A stretch of 64,000 nt of DNA from a plasmid, in sequence record NZ_CP090008.1; one strand, written 5' to 3'. Within the stretch, counting starts at the first letter, position 1. Every line of letters begins with the position of its first letter. Below are positions 39,594-50,707 of this stretch, one piece after another. Both the position numbers and the translations under genes were made by a program. Under the pieces are notes generated by a model that saw only the letters and a list, made by a program, of their open reading frames with translations, did not search any database and had not been told where the DNA came from.

Positions 39594-41320
39594 ATATTCA
39601 GCAATACGTAAAAGTAATACTGTCAAAATCTTGTGAAACACAGCCAATAGAGCTAGTCTACCAAGGGATGAGGTTATATTTTGGAGAACTGGATTATTTT
39701 TACTCAAACAGAGTAGAAGAAGGGATAATCATTTTCTGGGATGAAGACAAACTGATTGTAAGTCCCGTATTTCATAAGAAAGAAAAAAATTGTAGCATCT
39801 GTTTCTTAGAACATCGGAGGAAATTTAAAATAGATGATTCTATTGGAAGAGATGGCGACACGATTGAAATAGAGGATAACAATTTATTTGAAGAAAAATT
39901 TCTTTACGTAATATCTAACCTGATACAGGTCAAATCGCAGCCTCCTTTATTTGATTATTTTATAATTGAGGATTGGAAAATTTCAAAGTGTCAATTCTTT
40001 CGAATTGCTAATTGTGACACCTGTATTTCTAATAGAGAAAGTGTAGAAGAGATCTTGGCTACAGGAAATAGTCGTTGCCAGGCATCCTCTTTGAGAGAAA
40101 AGTTGGGAGATTATTCTGCTTATATTCAATTGGGTAATTCTGATACTGGGATTTTCAATAGAGAGTTAACAACTCTACTAGATAATGGTGTAACGGTTGA
40201 ACTACAATACTCACTTTCTAATAATGAGATTATTTCGGGAATTGGTATTGATAAAAGCTATAAAAGAGCAAAAGCTAAGGCATTTCTAGAAGCGATGGAA
40301 CGTTATAGTGGCATTACCTCCAAGGGGCAGAAACGATATTGGTTCTCCATAGAAGACTTGAGAGGGAAGTCAATCGATTTCCTAAATCCTAACGATTATT
40401 TTCTTGAACTTGAGAAAGAAGAGGTGGCTAGTACGAATAAATTTTTCTGGTTGCCAGCTTACAATTACCAAAGTAATGACTATGCTTTAATACCTGAAGA
40501 TTTTATCATTTATAAAACAGAGAGAACTCCTGAAAGTAAAAAATTAATGAATATGAGTTCAAATGGACATGCAATTGGAAATAGCTATAAAGAAGCGGTT
40601 ATTTTTTCACTTTTTGAAATGTACGAACGAGATCATTTTCTTGTTCATTGGTACGAGAAACAGCCACCTCAAGAAATAAATCAAGATAGCATTCTAGATG
40701 AAGATATTCACCATTATTTAAGTATGATTAAAAACTTAGGGTATGAGGTCTCGATTTATCAAATGCTTTCTAGCAAGGTGATAAGCATTTATTGGACCAT
40801 CGCTAGAGGAAAAAATGGTAGCAAGTTTGCGACTTATTCAACAGCAGGTGCTCATCTTTTTGGAAAGACGGCAATTATTTCTGCATTAAAAGAGCTATAT
40901 TTTGCACTTTATATTTATGATGAAGACGTCGAACATATTAAAGAAAATGGGCGACAAATGCAAGCTCAAGATGTTAAAACTGTGGCAGATCATGCAATTT
41001 ATTATTCAATTGAGGATAGAAGTATACAGTTTAATTTTTTGAAAGGTGTAGAGGTTATCGATTTTGAAATAAAAGATGACTACTCTATCGAGTTAGATTC
41101 CTACTATTCAGATCTATTGGAGTTTACGAATAAGCTATTTGGGAATTTTTATATCGTAGATAATACCCCAAAAGGTTTGAAGGAAATTGGGTTATGCGAG
41201 GTGAAAGTGTTTGTTCCTGGTATGCAAGATATGAATTTTGGTTATGCAAATCAGTACATCAATCACCAGCGGATTCATCTGGACGGTAATCAGGAAGTAC
41301 CAATTCACCCCTTCCCATAA
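39590..41320 (+). CDS. YcaO-domain protein 1 (azoline-forming cyclodehydratase-type; 576 aa)
   Basis: YcaO ATP-binding motifs 'KAFLEAMERYSG' and 'SNGHAIGNSYKEAVIFSLFEMYERD'; C-terminal PxPxP-type tail 'VPIHPFP*'. Confidence 0.75.
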   Translation: MNIQQYVKVILSKSCETQPIELVYQGMRLYFGELDYFYSNRVEEGIIIFWDEDKLIVSPVFHKKEKNCSICFLEHRRKFKIDDSIGRDGDTIEIEDNNLFEEKFLYVISNLIQVKSQPPLFDYFIIEDWKISKCQFFRIANCDTCISNRESVEEILATGNSRCQASSLREKLGDYSAYIQLGNSDTGIFNRELTTLLDNGVTVELQYSLSNNEIISGIGIDKSYKRAKAKAFLEAMERYSGITSKGQKRYWFSIEDLRGKSIDFLNPNDYFLELEKEEVASTNKFFWLPAYNYQSNDYALIPEDFIIYKTERTPESKKLMNMSSNGHAIGNSYKEAVIFSLFEMYERDHFLVHWYEKQPPQEINQDSILDEDIHHYLSMIKNLGYEVSIYQMLSSKVISIYWTIARGKNGSKFATYSTAGAHLFGKTAIISALKELYFALYIYDEDVEHIKENGRQMQAQDVKTVADHAIYYSIEDRSIQFNFLKGVEVIDFEIKDDYSIELDSYYSDLLEFTNKLFGNFYIVDNTPKGLKEIGLCEVKVFVPGMQDMNFGYANQYINHQRIHLDGNQEVPIHPFP

Positions 41321-41345
41321 TCTTATAATTAAAAGAGGATAAAAA

Positions 41346-42188
41346 ATGAATTTAATTGAAATTAACAATTTAAGAAAAAACTATGGCGTAAAAGAAGTCT
41401 TGAAAGGTTTGGATTTGTCCCTAAAGAATGGTCAAGTTTATACATTGCTTGGAAAAAACGGTGCAGGGAAAACAACATTTATCAATATTTTACTTAGACT
41501 AATCAAGGAAGATTCTGGTAGCGTAGTCTCAAACGTTAGCGTAAAAAAAGAAGTTGGTGTAGTCTTTCAGGAAGACTATTTTCCAAAAGAGACAACAGTT
41601 TCGGATTTGATAAAGCTACAAGCTTCATTTTTCCATAAGAAGGTTAATGTTGATGAAGAATTAAAAATAATGGGATTAGAGAAAGAGAAGTTTCAAAAGG
41701 TAGGAACACTTTCGGGAGGACAAAAACGGAAACTTTCGTTCCTATTAGCGACCTTACATGATCCTAAACTTTTGATTTTGGATGAACCTACTGCTGGTAT
41801 GGATTATGATAGTGTAGAAAAGTTTGTTCAACAGATTAAAAAATTAAAGGCAAAGGGAAAAACAATTCTCTTAATTACACACGATTTGTACCAAATTGAA
41901 TCTTTTGCAGATTATATTCTGTTGCTAAATGAAGGTGTATTCGAAGAGAAAATCTCAGTAAATGATATGTTTATGGAATCGTTGTATGAATTTCCCAAAG
42001 AGATGGTTATGAGTGGAGCTGCGAAGGAGCAATTGTTTTATAAGAATGATCAAACTTATGTTTTCAGTAGTCCATACGCACAAAAAATAATTGAACAAAA
42101 TGGTATTAGGAATCCAGAAAACTTTAAGCGTCATAAACAAGTAGTAGATATTTTCAAACGTATTTCATTTGTAGAAGGAGATAAATAA
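41346..42188 (+). CDS. ABC transporter ATP-binding protein
   Basis: Walker A 'GKNGAGKTT', ABC signature 'LSGGQKRK', Walker B 'LLILDEPT'. Confidence 0.85.
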   Translation: MNLIEINNLRKNYGVKEVLKGLDLSLKNGQVYTLLGKNGAGKTTFINILLRLIKEDSGSVVSNVSVKKEVGVVFQEDYFPKETTVSDLIKLQASFFHKKVNVDEELKIMGLEKEKFQKVGTLSGGQKRKLSFLLATLHDPKLLILDEPTAGMDYDSVEKFVQQIKKLKAKGKTILLITHDLYQIESFADYILLLNEGVFEEKISVNDMFMESLYEFPKEMVMSGAAKEQLFYKNDQTYVFSSPYAQKIIEQNGIRNPENFKRHKQVVDIFKRISFVEGDK

Positions 42189-42907
42189 TGATTTCAATTG
42201 TTCAGCAGATAAAAAATAGTTTACAAAATAAGCGATTTATCATTTTTACGATTTTATTCCCAGTGGTATTTTACGTTTTCTTTATAAAGCAACTTAAGTT
42301 TGTAAACACAGATGATAGTGGAATGATTGCATTGTTTTCTGCTATGTTTGGAATCGCAGGAAGTGGCTTGAACACCTTTAGTCAAAAAGTATCGAAAGAC
42401 AAAGACTACTTCCGTATTATGGATAAAATCTCGCCCTATTCTTATGCACATTATATGTTTGATAGTGTATTAGCACAAACGATCTTGAATATTTTAATTT
42501 TGTTCTCAGTTACTTTAGCTGGTGTATTGATTGGTAAATTAAATGTAACAGGGTCTTACTTGTCAATTTCTAGTCTCCTGCTATACTTTGGCTTTTATTA
42601 TATTGTTATTGGCTTCCTATTAGGAACAGTATTTAATGATGAAACACTTGCTTCTGCCTCAATGCCAATCTTTTTCCTATTCATGATGCTTAATATTACT
42701 CCAAATATCATGACAACATTAAAAATGCCAGATATCATTGTAACGATTCAGAAATTTTTCCCGGGCTATTATTATAATGAAGTTTTATTGCATCAGACTC
42801 CAGAAAAGTTCTTACAAGCATGCTTGGTCATTACAATTTATGTTTTTATCGCAGGGACTATCACAGTAATTGTAAATAAATTGTTACAAATTAATAGGAG
42901 AGACTAA
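42188..42907 (+). CDS. ABC-2-type transporter permease (6 TM)
   Basis: Start is translationally coupled to the ATPase stop (ATGA overlap); multiple hydrophobic helices. Confidence 0.65.
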   Translation: MISIVQQIKNSLQNKRFIIFTILFPVVFYVFFIKQLKFVNTDDSGMIALFSAMFGIAGSGLNTFSQKVSKDKDYFRIMDKISPYSYAHYMFDSVLAQTILNILILFSVTLAGVLIGKLNVTGSYLSISSLLLYFGFYYIVIGFLLGTVFNDETLASASMPIFFLFMMLNITPNIMTTLKMPDIIVTIQKFFPGYYYNEVLLHQTPEKFLQACLVITIYVFIAGTITVIVNKLLQINRRD

Positions 42908-44001
42908 TGGTAGAAATGACTTCAGATAGGTTGTTTTCACACTATGAACAATTACATAGGCGACCTGAGCCAGGTTTTTCAGAAGAAAAAACTAAGTGTT
43001 ATATTAAAGACTTCTTAAGTCCATATCCAGAACTAAAAAAAATTTCGGAAGGTAAGATGGGATTGATTTATCAATACGTAGGGCGAAAGGAAGAAAAACA
43101 TCATTATGATTTAGCTTTTCGTGCTGAATTAGATGCTGTAGAAATGGATGAATTCTATGGAACCTACTATCATGGTTGTGGACATGATGCACATACAAGT
43201 ATCCAACTGGAATTAATCACCTATGTTTGTCGTAACAAACCAAAGCTAAATGTACTTTTCATTTTTCAAGCAAGTGAAGAAAAGTATGGTGGTGCAAAAG
43301 AAGTTTGTAAGTTTTTGAAAGACAAAAGGATTACTTTATCGAGAATATATGCTTTACACGTTACCTCGGATTTGTATCCCAATTATGTATCAATCAATAA
43401 GGGAGACATTCTAGCTGCTGGTTTGACTTGCCATTTAAAACTTTCATTAAAGAATAGTGGACATGTCAGTAATCATGGGGACAGTGCAGCGAGTTTATTT
43501 TCTAAATTAGTTTTACTATCAGAAAGCCTAGATGAACTGGATTGTCAGTGTAGAATTACTAACTTTTTCACCAATGGCTCTCATAATGTATCTCCTACAG
43601 AAATAAAATTTAATATTACGTTTAGAGGAAAAAGTAGTGATATTTGCAAGCAGCAACATCAGAAATTTTTAGATCAGTTAAACCTAGAATATCAAAAGGA
43701 AGTTATTATGGATTATCCTTTATTACATAATAATACAATGCTATATGAATGGGTTGAACAAGTATTATCTCAAAGTAAAGTAGTAAAGACTCTAAAAACT
43801 CCATTTTTGTTTTCTTGTGATGATTTTGCCTTCTATGGAAAAGAGCTAGATGTACCGACATGTTATTTCTTTATTGGTGCATATAGTCAGGGTCATCCGA
43901 TTCATTCGAATGAATTTATTACACCGAAGGCTAGCTTATTAAGAGGTTTGTATGTGATGACATTATTGATAGAAAAGGAGAATGAGCGAATTAATGGTTA
44001 A
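42907..44001 (+). CDS. M20-family (M20D-like) amidohydrolase/peptidase
   Basis: Metal-binding signature 'YHGCGHDAHT'. Confidence 0.6.
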   Translation: MVEMTSDRLFSHYEQLHRRPEPGFSEEKTKCYIKDFLSPYPELKKISEGKMGLIYQYVGRKEEKHHYDLAFRAELDAVEMDEFYGTYYHGCGHDAHTSIQLELITYVCRNKPKLNVLFIFQASEEKYGGAKEVCKFLKDKRITLSRIYALHVTSDLYPNYVSINKGDILAAGLTCHLKLSLKNSGHVSNHGDSAASLFSKLVLLSESLDELDCQCRITNFFTNGSHNVSPTEIKFNITFRGKSSDICKQQHQKFLDQLNLEYQKEVIMDYPLLHNNTMLYEWVEQVLSQSKVVKTLKTPFLFSCDDFAFYGKELDVPTCYFFIGAYSQGHPIHSNEFITPKASLLRGLYVMTLLIEKENERING

Positions 44002-46513
44002 AAATGTATATTATAGAAAAACAAATTTTTCGAATGGCGAATTTTCTAAGTTTTTTCAAAAAGAAATATTTGAAAAAATACGAAATAATCAAAAATATCG
44101 CCTCAATTTGTTAAAACAAGTGAGTTCTATTCGAGAATCGGGAATTGAACAATTAAATCAAGTTATTCAGGAATGTCCGGAAGGTAAAGATAAGAAGCAA
44201 TTGTTAAAGTTCTCGCATGACTTCTACAATAATAGAGGAGATTTAGGAAAGAAATTTCAAAAAATAGTATTTCTACTTCCACCAGATTTAGCATCAGAAT
44301 TTGATTCTTATTTTAAAATGAAAGAACAAATTTTGATGATTGATAATAGAATTGAAGAACAGGTAGATCAACAATATTTAAATGAGAAACAAATGATGCT
44401 ACAGGGACTTCGTGATAATCTAGATTTTGTTCAGAACACAAAGATGATTGGGCAGACTCTCTATCAAAAGTTAGAAAAGCTACTCAAAACAGATGTTAAA
44501 AATCATAATAAGAAGCAACGGCAAATGGATGGTTTTTTGTACAATTATTATACTCGTATTGCTACAAAGACAAGTCCCTTGGGGTTATTAGGCACAACAA
44601 GTGTTTATGGGCAAGAAGAATTTCATTTAGATAGAGAGATTTTTATGTCGGTGAACTCTTCAATCATTTTAAAGATATTTGATAGGCTTTATCAAAACCC
44701 AAAAAATCAGCCAGTTTTGAACTTCAAACTAAATGAGACACTAATTTTAAAAGAGAATAAGTATTACGTAACGGTTTTCAATGATATCAAAGGAAAAAGT
44801 TTATACCGTAATCGTCAGGAATTGGTTACACTCCCTGAAAGTAAAATCTTAAATGAGATTTTACAGCTTTTCAAAGGAAAAGGGCAGTTATCGGGACGTG
44901 ACATCTTAGATAAACTCTCTCAAAAAGGGCAAGAAAATCTTCTTACAAAATTGTTGGAGAATTGTATTTTACTTCCAGCTGATCAATTAACTATTGAAGG
45001 TAAGCAAAGTATGTCAGAAGCGTTTCTGCAGAAATTAAAGGGTATTTCTTCGGTTATGTTTTCAAATGAAATTGAGATTTTCGAAAGAATAGTTGCATTT
45101 GAGCAAGAAGAGTTTTCTTGGGAGATATATGATCGATTGACGGAAGAAGTTCATAATCTTGTTCTGTATTATGGCATTGAAGGATTTGACAAATCATCGT
45201 ATGTTTCGATAGATAAGCTTGCTTCTAATACTGAGAATGATTTAGAAAAAGAGGTTCAAGTTGTAAAAGAACAACAGAAGTGTTTCAATGATCTATCAAA
45301 ATTTATTTCTATTTTTGATATTTCAACACGCAGTAAGTATTTAGCCTATGAGATGCTTCGAAAAAAATATGGTGGAGAATTCAAGCCTCGAAACGCTCGA
45401 GAAATGAGTAAATTTTTGCGAGATCTATCAACTACGCTTTTTCAAAGAGATGGCTATTGGATGGAATCATTTGGCTATTTAGGAGAAAAGTACCAGCATA
45501 AAATTGATAATCAACTCTTGAAGTTGAAGAAGGAAATTCTTGAGCAATTGCTTGGTCAAGATTCGGGGGATGGATCAGAACTATTGATTTCAACCGAATT
45601 GTTGAATAGTTCAACGAAACAATTAGAGAAACTTGTTGGACAAAGCCATAAATCTCGTGCTTATTTTTTACAAGTTAGTCCAAGTAATCAAATAGTCTTT
45701 AATCATATTTATAAAGGCTATGGAGTCTACCGTAGACGGTTTAATCATTATCTTCCAACAGATCAAGAAAGTTATAGATTAGATGGAGCTTTAGTAGATA
45801 TTCCAATGACATTTGGTTTCAATGCAAATATTCGAGAAAGTACAGATAAGACCTTATCCTTACCATTAGGTGAACGAGCTTTTGCCAGCTCTGAACAATT
45901 GAACTGGTTAGATTTAGGTTTTCGACTTTCAAAACAATCAAAGGAAATCGAAGTGTTCGAAAAGGCAACGGGTGCTATTATTTATCCACACTTCTTAGGA
46001 AGTTTAATAACAGTCGCCCTCCCTTCATTAGTTGCGGTTTTTAATTCAATTACTCTCAATGATTCTATTTATTTTGATTTTGGAGAATTGTTACTCAGAC
46101 AGAAAATAAAAAATCATTCTCAGGAAAAAGTAGTGGTCCCAAGACTTTGCTTTGAAAAAGTTGATTTTATATTATCTCGAAAAAAATGGTATCTTGCTTG
46201 TGAAAAATTACATACCATTTTACAGGAAGATACGTCAATGGGTCAAAAATGGTTAGAAGTTATCGAGTATTTTGAAGAAGAAGAGTTGCCATTATCTTTC
46301 TTTGTAAAAGACTTTTTCGAGTCTTATAATCAGGACTCGGAGTTACTAAAAACAAAACCACTATACATCAATTTTGAATCTTTTTTAAGCTTTAAAGCAT
46401 TTGTAGGTTTGGTGAAGAAGAAGGATAGAATTTTAATCGAAGAGGTCTTGCCAGAATGTACTGATACGGAAACAGATATGATTACAGAGTTAATTGTTGA
46501 AACAAATGATTGA
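43982..46513 (+). CDS. LanB-type dehydratase, N-terminal (glutamylation) domain protein - split-LanB component (843 aa)
   Basis: Assigned by size, operon position directly before a ~360-aa partner, and co-occurrence with YcaO and SagB-type genes. No short diagnostic motif was read, so this needs HMM confirmation (Lant_dehydr_N). Confidence 0.45.
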   Translation: MSELMVKNVYYRKTNFSNGEFSKFFQKEIFEKIRNNQKYRLNLLKQVSSIRESGIEQLNQVIQECPEGKDKKQLLKFSHDFYNNRGDLGKKFQKIVFLLPPDLASEFDSYFKMKEQILMIDNRIEEQVDQQYLNEKQMMLQGLRDNLDFVQNTKMIGQTLYQKLEKLLKTDVKNHNKKQRQMDGFLYNYYTRIATKTSPLGLLGTTSVYGQEEFHLDREIFMSVNSSIILKIFDRLYQNPKNQPVLNFKLNETLILKENKYYVTVFNDIKGKSLYRNRQELVTLPESKILNEILQLFKGKGQLSGRDILDKLSQKGQENLLTKLLENCILLPADQLTIEGKQSMSEAFLQKLKGISSVMFSNEIEIFERIVAFEQEEFSWEIYDRLTEEVHNLVLYYGIEGFDKSSYVSIDKLASNTENDLEKEVQVVKEQQKCFNDLSKFISIFDISTRSKYLAYEMLRKKYGGEFKPRNAREMSKFLRDLSTTLFQRDGYWMESFGYLGEKYQHKIDNQLLKLKKEILEQLLGQDSGDGSELLISTELLNSSTKQLEKLVGQSHKSRAYFLQVSPSNQIVFNHIYKGYGVYRRRFNHYLPTDQESYRLDGALVDIPMTFGFNANIRESTDKTLSLPLGERAFASSEQLNWLDLGFRLSKQSKEIEVFEKATGAIIYPHFLGSLITVALPSLVAVFNSITLNDSIYFDFGELLLRQKIKNHSQEKVVVPRLCFEKVDFILSRKKWYLACEKLHTILQEDTSMGQKWLEVIEYFEEEELPLSFFVKDFFESYNQDSELLKTKPLYINFESFLSFKAFVGLVKKKDRILIEEVLPECTDTETDMITELIVETND

Positions 46514-46530
46514 GAAAAGAGGAGGAGATT

Positions 46531-47607
46531 ATGGTATATAAATTATCTGTATTTATCAATGATTTAGCTTTTTCAAACAGTCTAATCATTAAGATTTATA
46601 GTTTTTTAAATAATAAAGCAATTAAAGAAATTTGGGTGAAGAAATCAATTCAGCGTGGCCACCATCTTGAATTGTTTTCTCTCAATAAAGAGTATTTGAA
46701 GACAATGGAAGATTTTATTGTTGGAGAACTGTCAAGTTATTCCCCAGTTAATGTTCCTGAAATGAAATTAAAGAAGCAAATCATGAGTGTTGCAGCTGCA
46801 GAAAACACGGAGGCTGACTTAAATATTCAACCGGATGGGACAATTCTGTTTGAAGAAGTTGAAGAACTATATCAAGATAAAGTTAGGTTAAATTCCTATG
46901 AGACTGAGTTGGTTGTGGAAAAGAAAAAGATGGAGTTGATTCTCTATCTTGAAAGTATAGGATTCTTCAACGAGCCTGAAAATCAGCAAAATATTTTATT
47001 GGTTAAACTATTCTTAAATTTAGGGTTACTTTTTAATAACAATTTAAAAATGGGTTATCTATCTATGAAGTCAAATATTCTATTCTTTAACTTACAACTG
47101 GAGAAGTTGAAGGGTACAATGTCGCCGGAGAAGTATAAACGGTATCATCACTTAGTTAATTTTCTAGATGAGACAGAACAGAGTTATATCAATGAGAATA
47201 TTGAAATCTTTCTGAATGAAAATAAAAGTTCATTCTATAAGCAATTTGTAGAAGAACTTTATCAATTTTTTAGTGATGAATTTGAAAAAGGAAACCTTTA
47301 TTATGAAAACCTAAGTGATGCAGAGAGTTTTGTTCAGAAATCACGAAAGAATGGTCAGATAACAGATTTTCACAAAAAATTCTTTACGAATCAAGCTTTT
47401 CTTTCCCATCATGCTTCGGAACCCTTTGTGATTTATCGTTATACAGTTGATGTTCTTTATCAAATTATGCCGTTGTTAAACGTTAATCCGCTTCGAAAAC
47501 AGAAAATTACAAAAATGGTAAGTGATAAGGTTGAGACAGGCTATGATATGACCTGGGAAGACAGTTATGCTGACATGCAAGAATTATTTAACAAGAAGGT
47601 ACAATAA
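46531..47607 (+). CDS. Putative LanB C-terminal (SpaB_C-like elimination) domain protein - split-LanB partner (~358 aa)
   Basis: Size and position match the arrangement in thiopeptide and goadsporin clusters; RBS 'agaggagga' before ATG 46531. By inference only. Confidence 0.35.
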   Translation: MVYKLSVFINDLAFSNSLIIKIYSFLNNKAIKEIWVKKSIQRGHHLELFSLNKEYLKTMEDFIVGELSSYSPVNVPEMKLKKQIMSVAAAENTEADLNIQPDGTILFEEVEELYQDKVRLNSYETELVVEKKKMELILYLESIGFFNEPENQQNILLVKLFLNLGLLFNNNLKMGYLSMKSNILFFNLQLEKLKGTMSPEKYKRYHHLVNFLDETEQSYINENIEIFLNENKSSFYKQFVEELYQFFSDEFEKGNLYYENLSDAESFVQKSRKNGQITDFHKKFFTNQAFLSHHASEPFVIYRYTVDVLYQIMPLLNVNPLRKQKITKMVSDKVETGYDMTWEDSYADMQELFNKKVQ

Positions 47608-48135
47608 ATGCATATTTTACTTGAAAATGGAGAAAAATATATTTTTGATGGAGTCTACTATAGAAAATTAAATTCAAAGACTAGGCACTTATATTTTCAT
47701 CAGTTAAAACATAACCATTCCATTTGTTTAGTTAAGAGTCAGCGTGTGAAGTGTCCGTCTCTTACTTTTGAATTGGTGGATGTGGACAATATTGGTGATC
47801 TTCCTGTATTGGATAAAAATGATTGTAAGAAAATAGTTGAATTCTTTGCCAAAAACATGACAAAAACTTTTGATAAAGTGATGGAAGTTAGTCAAACAAT
47901 GAATCAGCTTGGATCTCCGACTTTTTCAGATGGTATCGACACAACAGTAGGAAAATCAATTGTAAAAGTATTAGCTGCACAGTTATTACGCACCTACTTG
48001 AGAGAGCAGGGGTGGATAGTACGAGTAGATTTTGAAAATTACCCTAGTAGAAAGGGACAGTTTTTAAAAGTAGATCTCCTCGAAGGCAAAGATATTTATT
48101 GTGGGGTAGTAAATGAATACGAACTTAATTACTAA
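47608..48135 (+). CDS. hypothetical protein (175 aa) within the biosynthetic operon
   Basis: Start is 1 nt after the previous stop; overlaps the next gene by 23 nt. Confidence 0.45.
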   Translation: MHILLENGEKYIFDGVYYRKLNSKTRHLYFHQLKHNHSICLVKSQRVKCPSLTFELVDVDNIGDLPVLDKNDCKKIVEFFAKNMTKTFDKVMEVSQTMNQLGSPTFSDGIDTTVGKSIVKVLAAQLLRTYLREQGWIVRVDFENYPSRKGQFLKVDLLEGKDIYCGVVNEYELNY

Positions 48136-49792
48136 TGACTCTTTTTTTCATAAAAAGTATTTAGAAAGTCTGGAAGAAGGACGTAAATATGCTATTTTGG
48201 TAGTAGATCACCTCTTCTTTTTCAAGAAAGAGGAAGGATTCCTTGAGGATTTTTTATATACAGTTTCTTTATACAATAGGACTAAAACAAAAAATGTATT
48301 AGCTAGCATGTTCTCAACAAATTACCAAAATAGCGAGTTGGAGATAGAAAAAGCAAAACATCTTATGGACAGGCTAGTCTTTAAAAAGGGACAGATAGGA
48401 GTACTGTATCTAGAAAATCAAGCCCTCTCCTATGTTTGTATTAAGAAAAAAAGAACATCTCAAACCAAAAGTAAAATGGAGCTTGGGACTTTATTAGATA
48501 AGGTCACTATTGGTGAATCGGATGGCTTTCGAGAAAAAACTGTGAGTGAACTGTCAAAATATGCACAAGGTTTTTTAGACAAAACGGTAGCCTATCGTAA
48601 ATTTTTCGATTTAGATTCAGATTATTTTCCAGGAGTGGGCATTGAATATGCTGTAACAGACAAATATACAGAATGTGGTTATGGTCGTTCTGCATCTTTT
48701 CATGATTCTACTAATATTGCTCTCCTAGAAGCGATTGAAAGATATTCCTCCCTTTTTTACCCCTATCAAAATAAAGATATTTATGCTAAGTTCTCAGACT
48801 TGGACAATGCTATTCACCCCAAGAATTTCATTCTCCCATCTTCTGAAAAAAATCCTTTTATGCAGTACCATGATAATTTGGAGATTTATTGGACAGAGGC
48901 GGAATCTCTGAGAGATAAGAAAACAGTACTAGTGCCTGAACAATTAGCAGTATATGGAGATTCTTTCTTTAGAGATAAAAAGAAACAGCATCGATTCATA
49001 TATGATAGTTCAAATGGTGTTTCTTTAGGAGGATCATTTGAGGAAGCTGTATTATATGGACTATTGGAGTTAATTGAGAGGGATAATTTTTTAATGACAT
49101 GGTATGGTAGGATTCCAATCAATGAAGTTAGACTGGAATCTCTGGGCTTGTCTGAAGATACTTTAAATACAGTTCATCGTGCTCAACGAGACGGTTTTGA
49201 TGTCAAAGTTTACGATATTTCAATGGAGTTAGGAGTTCCTTCTTTTTGGGCCTTAGTAAGAAGTTTGAAAGGGCATAAAATGTATTCTTATACAGCTGCA
49301 GGGAGCAACCCAATCCCTCATAAAGCAGCGGAGTCAGCATTGCTAGAAGCTCTGGTTGGAATTAAAATCCATGATAATATAAACGCTGAATTTGGGACAA
49401 CGGTTCCGACTGAGGTTATTGAGATGGAGGATCACGTCAACTATTATTCAAGTGATCAGCATAAAGGTGCCTATGATTTTCTGCAAGATTCCCATGTAAC
49501 TGACTTATCGACAGAAAATTACATTAAAGCCTTTAATACGAAGACTTATTTGAAAAAACTAATTAATAAAGTATTAAAAGAATATGAAGATATCTATGTC
49601 GTTAATTTAACTTCAAAAGAAATGGAGAAACTAGGAATCTATACTGTGAAAGTTATTGTTCCAGGACTTCTTCCAATGACTTTTGGTGTACAAAATGAAA
49701 GAATATCTGAACCTCGTATCAATAGAGAAAGGAGTAGGAGAGGTCTTGAGGAAGTGAAACAGATTAGTTGCTATCCTCACCCTTTCCCTTAA
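48113..49792 (+). CDS. YcaO-domain protein 2 (559 aa)
   Basis: 'ALLEAIERYSSLFY' and 'SSNGVSLGGSFEEAVLYGLLELIERDNFLMTWYG'; C-terminal 'SCYPHPFP*'. Confidence 0.75.
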   Translation: MNTNLITNDSFFHKKYLESLEEGRKYAILVVDHLFFFKKEEGFLEDFLYTVSLYNRTKTKNVLASMFSTNYQNSELEIEKAKHLMDRLVFKKGQIGVLYLENQALSYVCIKKKRTSQTKSKMELGTLLDKVTIGESDGFREKTVSELSKYAQGFLDKTVAYRKFFDLDSDYFPGVGIEYAVTDKYTECGYGRSASFHDSTNIALLEAIERYSSLFYPYQNKDIYAKFSDLDNAIHPKNFILPSSEKNPFMQYHDNLEIYWTEAESLRDKKTVLVPEQLAVYGDSFFRDKKKQHRFIYDSSNGVSLGGSFEEAVLYGLLELIERDNFLMTWYGRIPINEVRLESLGLSEDTLNTVHRAQRDGFDVKVYDISMELGVPSFWALVRSLKGHKMYSYTAAGSNPIPHKAAESALLEALVGIKIHDNINAEFGTTVPTEVIEMEDHVNYYSSDQHKGAYDFLQDSHVTDLSTENYIKAFNTKTYLKKLINKVLKEYEDIYVVNLTSKEMEKLGIYTVKVIVPGLLPMTFGVQNERISEPRINRERSRRGLEEVKQISCYPHPFP

Positions 49793-49798
49793 TATAAT

Positions 49799-50707
49799 AT
49801 GAAAGAAACTGACAAATGGTTGTCCTACCATATCTTTTGCCATAATCTTCTTCATCATGACCGTATCATTTGTAAGTTAAATAAATGGACCTCTGAGAAA
49901 CATCTTTACCCTTATTTCTTCATTCGCTACTGGGAAGGGGGGCCTCATATCCGTTTTAGGATAAAGAGGAAAGATACCATTCGGGATGACTATTACAATA
50001 CTCTCGTTGACCTCTTAGAATCGGAATTATCTGATGAGAGTATCATTCTGACAAAAGAAGAGTATTATCAAGGTCATAAGTTAGATGGAGAGAAAATTCC
50101 TATTGAGGAATTGCCTTGGTATGAGAATAACACTATTGTCCCGATTACCTATGTTCGAGAGAATGAGAGGTACGGGGGAAAAGAAGCAATTGAGCATGCG
50201 GAATATGTTTTTTACCGCTCTAGTCAATTAGTCTCAACTATGTTAGAAGGTTGTATGAACTGCCACATGATGATTCGGATGCTATTTTATGTCCATATTT
50301 ATGAGAAAGTAAATGCAGCAATTAAAGAGTGTGGTATAAACTTTGATTTCCCCCAATTCTATGCCAATTGTTTCTCGTATTGGAATGAACTTTATGACTT
50401 GAAAGATGCAGAATATATAAGAGACATTGCTAATGCTATCAAACACTCATTTGAGGACAAAGAAGAAAAAATAAATACTGTCTTTTCATTTATTCAGCCA
50501 CAAATTCAGAACAATTTTATTGACTCTTTAGTAGAGTATTTAAAAAATGTTTCTCAATTAAAGGGAAACAAGATGATGCGTTCTGTCCTGTTTTCTCAAA
50601 TGCATATGTTCGCGAACCGTCTCGGAATTCCGATTGAATATGAATGTGCCATATACAGTTATTATAACCAGAAAAATACAAATTTAACTTGCCAGAAGGG
50701 AGCATAA
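49799..50707 (+). CDS. SpaB_C-sized protein (302 aa); candidate second elimination enzyme or [4+2] pyridine synthase
   Basis: Context and size only. Confidence 0.3.
   Translation: MKETDKWLSYHIFCHNLLHHDRIICKLNKWTSEKHLYPYFFIRYWEGGPHIRFRIKRKDTIRDDYYNTLVDLLESELSDESIILTKEEYYQGHKLDGEKIPIEELPWYENNTIVPITYVRENERYGGKEAIEHAEYVFYRSSQLVSTMLEGCMNCHMMIRMLFYVHIYEKVNAAIKECGINFDFPQFYANCFSYWNELYDLKDAEYIRDIANAIKHSFEDKEEKINTVFSFIQPQIQNNFIDSLVEYLKNVSQLKGNKMMRSVLFSQMHMFANRLGIPIEYECAIYSYYNQKNTNLTCQKGA

Noticed and set aside
39590-49792. Interpreting one of the two ~570-aa proteins as the E1-like/ocin-ThiF partner rather than a YcaO
   Set aside because: Both proteins carry both YcaO ATP-binding motifs (ExxER and SxGxxxGxxxxEAxxxxxxExxERD) and the C-terminal HPFP tail, so both are YcaO-domain proteins. 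No ThiF/E1 glycine-rich nucleotide motif was seen.
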